A stretch of 64,000 bases of DNA, from NCBI GenBank assembly GCA_002811645.1, contig PDIP01000008.1:110097-174096 (forward strand), written 5' to 3'. The translations under genes and the position numbers were made by a program. Every line of letters begins with the position of its first letter. Within the stretch, counting starts at the first letter, position 1. Under the pieces are notes generated by a model, which saw only the letters and a program-made list of their open reading frames with translations, was not told the DNA's origin and did not search any database. The stretch comes from Corallochytrium limacisporum Hawaii. Lineage: Eukaryota > Protista > Pluriformea. Shown here in pieces: positions 49,864 through 59,200 of the stretch.

Positions 49864-52518
49864 TTACTCTCCAAACTTGCCGTCGAAGCCGATGAAACCA
49901 CTAAGCAAAAAGATCGGGAAGAAAGATTTCTTCTCCAACTTGCTGCACCAGTTCCATGCCGAGGTCAAACGACCGTCTATACAACTGCCAGCATCGAAAT
50001 AGTTGGAAGCACCACTGCCGTCGAATGCATGACGGCAAAAGTCGCCGAGAATGGTCATACGCAGATTGTCCGGTCCTCCAAAGCGTTGATCGATGTACTC
50101 CGCCAGGAAGCTATCCTTCATCAGTTCCGGAATGTAGTCGATGGCCTGCACCACCGGCCCAAGGACACGAGGAATCTGTGTGTACTTGTCAATAAAGATG
50201 AGAGCATTCGGCACGTTGTGATCACCCATATGAATGACACTGGAGCCCACCCAGTGACCAAGCTTCCGTTGGGCGTGCTGCACAAGAATGTGCATAGCAC
50301 GGGAGGTTTGCGGAGCGGGTTGCACGCGCTGGAATCCCTGGCCAGTGTCAAGCAGACGATACTGCTGATGGTAATTCGACGCAAGAAGGTCGTTCTCGGC
50401 TGTGAACCAGAGCATAAACATTTCATGGGCCACGTCACGCCAAAGCATTAGACTCTGTTTCACAAACCAGTATTGTCGGGCATGATCATGAGTCAGCCGA
50501 GCACCCTGCCGCCCGGCATAGATAGCCAGGGCGTGCTTTGGGTCCTCGGGTTCCCGATCCGGGTGGTAGTACCGCTCGAGCAGCTCTAGCATGAGATCTA
50601 CCGGGCGCCGAGCCTGGTTGAGGAAGCTGTGGTTGTCGGCAATCGAGTACAGTGCACGGCGCACGTCATCGCCAGTAAGACCGTTCCGTGAGTACTTGTG
50701 TGCCAATTTTTCAATCGCCCTTTCCTTTGCCTTGATCTTGCGTTGGATTTCGTAGCGAGGCACACCCCGCGGAGCCAATATTTCTGCAGTCGCGACTGAG
50801 ATCAAGGGATCATCAAAGAAGTCATCACAGTCGTGCCCCTTCATCAACCGGTAGACTGTCTGGATATCAGTCACGAGCTGGAAGCCAAGCAAGTCTTGGA
50901 TTTCCTGCTTCTGGGAATCCATCAGCAAGTAGATAAGCTTGCCATAGTCATTCCGCATCTTCTCAGGATTTAAGATCTTGTACCGTCTGCCAACTTCAAA
51001 GACCATTTGAAAGAATTCTGCATTCTCCCGGAAGTCCTTGTCTTTTACAAGCTCTACGCCCTGATTGTAGTCACTGGCTACTAGAAGGCCGCTCAGGATC
51101 GCACATATGTCCATGAGCTGGGCATAGATACGCTTATTCTTAGACTTGTAGCTGATGATGTCCACTTTGTCTGTGTACTCAGACACGTTCAATGCCGCTT
51201 CAAGTAAGCGTAGGAACTTTCGCTCCTGTAGAGTGAGACGCAAGGGAATGTACTTGGATCGCTCCCTGAACCAATTGCCATCGTGACTTTCCGCATACAT
51301 CACCTCGTCATCATCAATGTGGCGATCACCGACTTGGTCGGCATTGATCTGCTCTACCAACTGATCAGCGGTGGCTTCCACACCATCGCCTTCTTTGTCA
51401 TCAGCAGGTGGTGCCACCGTCTCGGTGTTAGCAGGTGCAGTGGCTGCCTTCAGTTCCGAGGCCTTCTCACTTTCATCAAGCCCGCGTAGGACACGGATGC
51501 GATGTTCCCGCCGCTTGCCGCGACGATGTAGTGAGTAAAAGCAGACTTCACACAGCAAATCTCCACAGTCGTGACAGAAGACTCGAGCAGGTTGATCGTC
51601 ACATTCAATGCACAGTGGGTTACCATCTTTGGTGGCTTCACGATTGTGTGACAGAAGCTCATCCTGCAAATGCTTCTCGATTTCCTTCTCCAACTCTTCT
51701 GGATAGTCGCCTGCTTCCAAGATTTCGGCCAGACTATAGCCCGTACCGGGACCGCGCGAAGTGCCCTTAGTTTCTTCCTTCGCACCGTTCAGCTTATTTC
51801 TATCGGTTTCGTTGTTGTCAGTCATATTTGTCGCCAGACTATTGAGAGTGTCAGTATCCTCTGTCTTCACTTTCACTACCGCCGTAGTCTCAATGCCGGA
51901 GTCACTGACTTCACCCTTTTCCGTGGTGTGTGATTCACTTTCTCCGTTTTCAATGCTTAAAACAGATTCCTGTTTCTTTCTTTGTTCCGATGTAGCAGAC
52001 GAACGTGCCTGTTCTCTGATCTTTGCACCTTCCTCTTCACGCTTCACTTGCTTTCTTTGTCTAAGGCCAGCAAAATAGTCACTGCGGCTTAGTAACCCTG
52101 CACGGAGGCCAATACTTGCGACGCCAGGTACACTCTCGTCTTCGTGTTCCTGGTGGACGTTGAAATCGTCGTCTTCTTCGTCGTGTGACCTTCCGTAGCG
52201 ACTTCGGTTCCGCCCCGGAGTAAACAATCCCAACGTATACAATAAACCAAGAAGGAGGAAGACTGATCCAAACACTATACTAGCAATAACAACAGTGTCA
52301 AGACTGTCTTGATTACCGTTTGCAATGTAGCGACCACTGGTGTCTTGTGCAACAGGATTTCCAATGCTGTCCCCGGTATAGTCGACCGATCTGTTTCGTG
52401 ACTTTGTCCTCTTATACTTTGTCTTTCCCTTCAAGACGGTGGGCTCCTTCTCGGATTTGTACGTTCCGTTCTCCTGGGGTTGCTGACCTTTCCGTCTGTC
52501 ACCCGAATTCCCTGTCAT
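49864..52518 (-). CDS. TM + B-box + UPF0652/DUF2009 protein, 884 aa
   Basis: TM VVIASIVFGSVFLLLGLLYTLGLF; B-box CIEC..CHDCGDLLCEVCFYSLH..H; YIPLRLT..ERKFLRLLEAALNVSEYTDKVD; GARLTHDH; HMGDHNVPN; AGSCIDGRLTSAWNWC. Confidence 0.85.
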   Translation of the reverse strand: MTGNSGDRRKGQQPQENGTYKSEKEPTVLKGKTKYKRTKSRNRSVDYTGDSIGNPVAQDTSGRYIANGNQDSLDTVVIASIVFGSVFLLLGLLYTLGLFTPGRNRSRYGRSHDEEDDDFNVHQEHEDESVPGVASIGLRAGLLSRSDYFAGLRQRKQVKREEEGAKIREQARSSATSEQRKKQESVLSIENGESESHTTEKGEVSDSGIETTAVVKVKTEDTDTLNSLATNMTDNNETDRNKLNGAKEETKGTSRGPGTGYSLAEILEAGDYPEELEKEIEKHLQDELLSHNREATKDGNPLCIECDDQPARVFCHDCGDLLCEVCFYSLHRRGKRREHRIRVLRGLDESEKASELKAATAPANTETVAPPADDKEGDGVEATADQLVEQINADQVGDRHIDDDEVMYAESHDGNWFRERSKYIPLRLTLQERKFLRLLEAALNVSEYTDKVDIISYKSKNKRIYAQLMDICAILSGLLVASDYNQGVELVKDKDFRENAEFFQMVFEVGRRYKILNPEKMRNDYGKLIYLLMDSQKQEIQDLLGFQLVTDIQTVYRLMKGHDCDDFFDDPLISVATAEILAPRGVPRYEIQRKIKAKERAIEKLAHKYSRNGLTGDDVRRALYSIADNHSFLNQARRPVDLMLELLERYYHPDREPEDPKHALAIYAGRQGARLTHDHARQYWFVKQSLMLWRDVAHEMFMLWFTAENDLLASNYHQQYRLLDTGQGFQRVQPAPQTSRAMHILVQHAQRKLGHWVGSSVIHMGDHNVPNALIFIDKYTQIPRVLGPVVQAIDYIPELMKDSFLAEYIDQRFGGPDNLRMTILGDFCRHAFDGSGASNYFDAGSCIDGRLTSAWNWCSKLEKKSFFPIFLLSGFIGFDGKFGE

Positions 52519-53351
52519 TTAACCTGGCATAGCTAATGCTGGCACAAGTCCGCAGAGTCTTCCAGAACAGTGCCATTGGACTTGTACGAATCGTCCACGG
52601 GCATATCCGAAACTGTTGATGTTCTTAACTAGCTTCGGCAGTTTTCGTGCAACACCACACGCGCCATTATTTCTTTACACCAACACGTACGAGTCAAACG
52701 TAAGCACCGAGAAATCTCCAGACACAGGTCACAGAAAGTGTTCGCGAACTGCCGTCCCCGCTATCGTGGAACCGCAGAGCGGATTACGCCCCACCACACT
52801 CGCGAGGGCCACATTCCCCCTCCCCAATTTCCCCCCCCCCTCCCTCCTCCTTCCCCTGGCGGGCCCTTCTTCACCCTTCGCGGCCAACACTTCCCCTTTT
52901 TTCCTGTGCCAAAGCTGCGACCACCCTGGCACACCCGTGGGTGGGGAAATTGGGCTTTGTGCGTGTGTCGTGTGTCTTGCGTGTGCTGTGGCAGAGGGGC
53001 CCCTGGGTAAAACCTCCCTGCAGTGGCAGAGCCCAGCGTTTGGAGCGCAACCGCTAAAAACCGCCCCGTCCTTCCCTCTGCCCTTCACCGAAAGGCGCGG
53101 GAGCCAGTACTGGCTTTCCCGTGTGTGTGTGTGTACACTCCAAAGCGCACCACCGCAAACGAAGGAAAAAATAAGAAAATTCACAAAGCTCCGTATTTTG
53201 AATTGAGATCCCTGGCAAACACACACGCCCTCCCTCGCTTCCCCCACCGTTTTCGCACCTAAGCGTGGACCTTTAACGGCACGCTCGGCTACTTAGTGTG
53301 TGATCTTAATTCTGGGGGAGTCCAATTTCAATCCGCAGTCACTGAAGGCAG

Positions 53352-53467
53352 TACTACTACTACTACTACTACTCCGGTGCCTTGCGCCCCGTCCTCTGCC
53401 ACTTTTTCCTGGACATTTTCTTCCGACTCACGAGCGCACTCACACACACACACACTCTCTCTCTCTC
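53352..53467. repeat. (TAC)7 and (CA)n(CT)n microsatellites in the divergent intergenic region
   Basis: tactactactactactactac at 53352; cacacacacacacactctctctctctc at about 53441-53467. Confidence 0.85.
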
Positions 53468-54634
53468 CATACTCGCAAGTCCTCGCTTGCAAAACAGCCC
53501 ACGAACTGAGGAGTGCCTTGCTGCTGCTCTCGGACTCGGTCTCCGATCAATCGGCTTGCGCTTGGGGCACCCTTTGCACCCCAGGGTCCCCTTGCCGTCC
53601 CCGTATTTGGGAGTTTCAGTACCGAGGACTGGGTACCATACTCACCCTCTAAGAACTACTGAGATTTGATACTGTGTCCCAAGGGTAATAGGTGCTCATG
53701 GAAACCAAGAAACACCAGTGAGAACCACTCCTCCCTCCTCCCTCTGCCTTCTAACTCCCAGGGTCGGGCAGCCAGTCAGCCAGCGATGGTACAAGAACGG
53801 AAGGCCCTTTATCACCATCCACCCGCTGGTAGTTCCGTGCGGGGTTGCCGCCCCCCCCCTCCCCTACCTCGCACTTGCGCGCCTCTTTAGACTGGGAGTC
53901 GAAAGGAAAAGGGGGGGAGGTTGTTGACCGAAAGCCCCCCCCCCCTCAGCCGGGCTGCGGGGACGGGAGGGCCCCTCGGAAACGCAAGCAGCGAAACCTC
54001 CCCCACCTCCCGCGGGAGCTGGGAAGGAAACCCAAAAAAAAATGGGGAAAGAGAAACCCCTCTTGGAAAGGAAGCGAAGAGGACGAACCTGGGGCCCGGA
54101 GCCCTCCCGGGGCGGGGGGGCCGCCGCCTGGGCCCACCCGAACTCATTAGACGACCAACCGGTTCACCGCTTCCACACAATGAAGGTGTTCTGTTTGTGT
54201 ATATGCGTACAACGGTTCTCAATGTTCGTATGTGCCCGTAGCGACAGGGCGAGTTAGGGGCTCCCCTCATCCCCGGGCGCCATGTATTCTTGAATGGGAG
54301 CTCGGTGTCAAGTGCACCGAAAATTCGTCCAGTGCTTGTTGTCCCAAGGATGAAGGAGTCGTCACGAGTTGTCAATCTTGGTTTTGGACCAGAAAGGTAC
54401 GTGAGGCGATTCTGGGACATGGATATAAGACGGCGGGTGCTGCGTAGAGTTCGTAAGGAACGACGGGTCTCACATAGTGTCCTCTTGTGGTTCAGGGAAT
54501 TGAATAGTCAGTACGAAGGTGAATGCGGAGAATAATGGTTGCGTGGAATTAGTCGTGGAATTAGTCACCGTATGGACACCAGCGGAATCAAGCGAATTCG
54601 CGCTCTCGGAAGTTGACCCTAAGAATTCTGATCT

Positions 54635-56074
54635 ATGTCACCCTGGAGGATGCAGAGCAAGAACGAACAAACGCCGCTTCTCGGCAACATTTCCGTAGAT
54701 GATGACAGGGACGGGTCCTCTTCAGTCTCATATCTTTCTGATGATAACAATTTACTAGGAGTATACGGACCACAAACATATGAGGACTCACAACAGGTTG
54801 TAGACCTGCCGTCATTGCACGATCTTGGCGACTACATTGAGGTCGAAAAGCGGGGGAAGAGTAGTATTCAGGGTGCAGTGTTCAATTTGACCAATGTTAT
54901 TTTGGGATCAGGTATTATTGGGTTCCCTCATGCCTACGCAGAAGCGGGACTGCTGGTCGGATTGGGACTGCACATCTTCATGGCCTGGCTAACTTCTGCC
55001 TCCCTTGACATGCTCATTAAGGCAGGCCTGCGGTCGGGTAAATATGACTACGAAGAGCTGGCCCTGCACTGCTTTGGACGCACTGGCTATCTTTTGAACC
55101 TTTTCTTCGTGTTCCTGCTGGATTTTGGCTCCATGGTTACTTACGTACTGATCATTGCGGACACACTCCCATCAATCGCATACTACTATACTGGATTCTG
55201 GCTGTTTGATCAGCGGTCGTACTCGGTATGGCTGATGGCCACACTGATCATGCTGCCCCCTTCCTTGCTGCGGCATTTGCACGAACTAAGTGTTGTGAGT
55301 TTCATGAGCGTGGGCAGCGTTATGTTTATAATTGTGGTAATTGGACTCGAGGGAATTGCCATGCGGAGTGCATGGGATCACCACCCACCGACGGTGGATA
55401 AGCATATGGAACTCGTCGGGCGCCACATTTTCAGTGCCGTTGGCATCATGGCGTTTGGATTTGTCTGCCACGATGTGGCTTTCCTCGTCTTCCGGTCCCT
55501 CAAAGAGCCGACTATGCGGAAATGGCGAAAGACCACGAAGGGAACCGTTGGACTCGCTTTCCTTGCGAGCCTGGCAATGGGTCTGTTCGGCTACTTTAGT
55601 TTTTTCTCGCATGCCAAGGGTAACATCTTGAACAATTTTCCTCATCATTTGGTGTTGGTCAATGTGACTCGTGTCCTCCTCGGTTTGACCATGATCATGG
55701 TGTTTCCAATGAATCTATTCGTCACACGCCATGTCCTCAAAAAGTGCTTTGGGTACAGCAGTGCAGAGGATCTGTCCACAACGCTGCACTTCGGGTCCAC
55801 ATTGGTACTTTTTGGTGCGGCAGTGGCCATCGGTACCTTCGTCCGGGACCTGGGCAAGGTACAGGCCCTGGTGGGTGGACTAAGTGCTGTAGCCGTAGCG
55901 TATATCATGCCTGCCGCGTGTGTCTTGATGGTGAGCAAACAGATTGATGGTACAATCTGGCTCTGGAGGAACGCGGAGTGCTTCCTACTGCTATTGATTG
56001 GTGGGTTCACCATGGTGCTGAGCACCACTGATGCCATTATCGATATCACAGCAATGGTTGTGAAGTCCGAGTAG
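54635..56074 (+). CDS. Amino acid/auxin permease (Aa_trans) transporter, SLC38A11/AVT2-like, 479 aa
   Basis: AVFNLTNVILGSGIIGFP; YEEL..FG; IIADT; GIMAFGFVCH; GNILNNF; about 11 TM helices; N-terminal EQTPLL dileucine motif. Confidence 0.9.
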   Translation: MSPWRMQSKNEQTPLLGNISVDDDRDGSSSVSYLSDDNNLLGVYGPQTYEDSQQVVDLPSLHDLGDYIEVEKRGKSSIQGAVFNLTNVILGSGIIGFPHAYAEAGLLVGLGLHIFMAWLTSASLDMLIKAGLRSGKYDYEELALHCFGRTGYLLNLFFVFLLDFGSMVTYVLIIADTLPSIAYYYTGFWLFDQRSYSVWLMATLIMLPPSLLRHLHELSVVSFMSVGSVMFIIVVIGLEGIAMRSAWDHHPPTVDKHMELVGRHIFSAVGIMAFGFVCHDVAFLVFRSLKEPTMRKWRKTTKGTVGLAFLASLAMGLFGYFSFFSHAKGNILNNFPHHLVLVNVTRVLLGLTMIMVFPMNLFVTRHVLKKCFGYSSAEDLSTTLHFGSTLVLFGAAVAIGTFVRDLGKVQALVGGLSAVAVAYIMPAACVLMVSKQIDGTIWLWRNAECFLLLLIGGFTMVLSTTDAIIDITAMVVKSE

Positions 56075-56223
56075 CATTTATGCCGTCGTTTTGCATGGAA
56101 CTGTACACATGTTTTGTCTTCATATTTCACATAACATAGGTACATTATAAATAGGTATACAATAGATAGATGAGACTACAAGTGCAACTTATGTTGGCAG
56201 TTGCTTTTTTTTGTTGGTTTATC

Positions 56224-59200
56224 TCACTGTTGCTCCCACACACTGCCGGAGAAATCAGCTCCCTCCATTTTGGCATTTGCGAATATGGCTCGCCGTGCAT
56301 CCATTCCTGGCTTCAGCGGCTCAGCCGGCGCAAACGTACAGTTAAGGAACTGTGCGCGCCTGACATCCGCCCTGTGGAACGAGCAGCCGCTGAAGTCTGC
56401 ATCCTCAAAGCGTACACCCGCCAGTTCAGCACCGGTAAAGTTGGCACCCGTGAAAGCAGTACAAAGGGAGAACTTTGCCTTCAACAGACGACAACCCTTG
56501 AAGTCCGTGCCCTCGAAAAAGCACTCGTTGAAGATGACTTCCAGCATTTCTGCGTCCACAAAGCGACACCCGCTAAAGTCCGCTTTGCTGAAGTGGCGAC
56601 CGGATAAGTCCGTTTCGTCAAACACAGCTCCGGAGAAGCTCGTCGTTTCTGTAAGCATAAGACCGCGCATGTCTGCACCTTTGAACGACGAACCCTCCAG
56701 ATTACAGTTCTTGATCACAACGTTGCTAAACTGTGCCTGCAGGAAGTCCGCTTCGCTCAGGTCCGCGTTCACAATGTTCACATCAGTAAGATCCTGGTTT
56801 CTGAATGACATCATCTGCATCTCCGGACTGTCAACGACCTTCCATCCAGTCAAATCGGCCTTTTCGAGGTCCAGGGAACGCAAACGGCATTTGGTCATGA
56901 CCACATTGCTCAAATTGGCCCCCTTCATGTCCGCATCAATCAGTGTACAACCAGTCATATCAAGTCCAGCGCAATTACTGCCCTGCATGATGCATTTTCG
57001 GAACGACGTGGCATTGCACTGACTGCCGCGTAGGTCCACAGCACACATGTCGCTCTGCTGCAAGTCACAGTCACACAAGTCACAGTTGGTTAACACGCTG
57101 CTACGCATGTTTGCACCTTTCAGCCGAAGTCCCCGGAAACTCAGTTGGCTAAAGTCAACGTTGCTGAGACCAGATCGCAGGTTCTGGCTGTTCACGACGC
57201 GGTTCAATTCCTCCTGTGAAATAGTCTTCTTAGGCCCAGTCATTTGCCCGGCACTTGTGCCCCCCTTGCTGCCGCGGGCAGCTCCGAAAGCGTTCATTAT
57301 CTGATTCACGGGGGTCTTGTAATTGCCACTTTGGGGTGGATATCCACCCTTCCCAGTGGTGCCAGGCTTGCCAAAGGTATAGCCGAACTGTGCCGCTGCT
57401 CCTAGCCCCTGCTGTTGCTCTCTGCCTGATCGTGCGCTTCCCAGTGAGGCGAGATTGGGCCCGCTGGTGTTGAGACCCAGAGCAACGTTCAGCGCCCGTG
57501 CTTCAGGGTCATCCACTACTTGTGGCGTTTGTCGCGGCGGCAGAGCAGAACCTGGTGCCTGTGTTTGCTGCTGGGCCATTCCCATAGTTGCTGATTGCTG
57601 CATGTGGTTCTGCTTTGCCAGCACCTGGTCTTGGATCCGCTTGGCGGAGGCTTTCAGTGCTGATAGACCGTAGAAATCCGCTTCACTCATGACGTCCTGG
57701 ATCAGATTCCAACTGTCATCAATGCGACGATGAAGGTCGTAGCCTCGCAAGTAATCCACCACAATCCTGAACAAGTCTGGGCGGCGGTCGAGGAATATCC
57801 GGCCGTTTTCGTCGGCTTGCACATCGAGCACGCGTATATCGCCGAGGGCTAGCGCATGCAATTTCGATCCGTTTACCTTCGTGAGCGTCTTCCAGGACAC
57901 ATCAATGCGTTCTCCGCCCACGTTCATGGGAAGAATAGCATTCATACCACATTGAGCTCTGTCTCCGAAACTCTTAAGGAACTCTGAGATGAATTGGCGC
58001 GATTGGATAAGACTCACAAGATCGTGGATCTCAAAGAACGTAGCAAGTTCCAGAATCGAGGACTGAGCTTCACTGATCTTCCGGTACACAGCCTCAATAC
58101 TATCATCTCGAAGGTAGGAGAGTAATGCGTTGAAATGATCCGGATTTCTGTCGTAGAAGAGATGACCTTCCCCATCGATAAGAAATGTGGAATCCTTGAC
58201 AGTAGCCCGCGTCGTCATGGAGCCAGTCTTTTTCTCTCTCTGATGGGTCATCCGCATGTATGCAGTAACATCGCGAGCAAGACGACTTCCTTCATTGCAG
58301 CAGAGCACCAAGTGGTTGGCATTAAATAAGCGTCCGCCAACATTGATTGTGATCACCTTGGCTGGTGGATTAATGCGCTCTTCCTGTTGAATGCGGACTT
58401 TCTCTTCAAATAGCGGCCGCAGGCGGTCTCGAACCCCGTGAACGCCAAAGTAATCCATCTCCAGAAGAATTTTTGTTATTGTGGGCGCATCGCACTTGGC
58501 CATTTCCTGTACAGCCTCTTCAGAGTTACTGAGGTACTGGCATATGTAAGAGAAGACCTTGGGATCCCTGTACAGTACAATTCGCCCAAAGGTATCCACC
58601 GGCACAGGCACCTTCTCGCCGCTCTCCTCGTCGTCAATGACGGGTGCTTTCTTGCCGATACTAATGTCCAAATACTGTCGCAAAATGGAGTACTCGTAAG
58701 TGGTCTTCTTGCATCTCAATGCCCGCTCGGGAATGACGAATTCGTCACCGCGGACGTTGAATACAACGGCATGCCTGGGGACCAGACCAGTTGATGTAGT
58801 TTCAGCCCCTCTGTTGCCCTTCCAGAGGTAGGTCAGTAGTGTTTGTACCATACCTCCAGACTCTTCGTCTTCTGTTCGGCCAAATTTTTTGTTTGTTGAT
58901 TTTACTGACCCAGATCGGGACGGTGAGCCGTGCTGAGACACATAGGCCATCAACTCACTTACTTCCTGGGCCGTGTAACCTCGGCCCGGGGAGTCACCAT
59001 CGCGATGAGTCGCGAACAGCGGCTCCCGACTCTGTCCTCGTTGGGATCTTTGCGGAGATGGCTCCCGAGAATGAGCCCTTGACCCGGAAATTGATCGATC
59101 TGCAATACTGGTCGAGCGACGGAGCTCCAAACCGGGGGCATCGCCAGCGCGGCTTGGCATGCTGCGCGCACTATCTTGAGCTCCCCCGAGCATCTGGATG

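Noticed and set aside
54542-54566. CGTGGAATTAGT tandem duplication and other short repeats as CRISPR-like arrays
   Set aside because: Only two adjacent copies, no spacers, eukaryotic context.
56170-57022. 273-aa and 145-aa plus-strand ORFs with periodic pattern
   Set aside because: Antisense shadows of the pentapeptide repeat.
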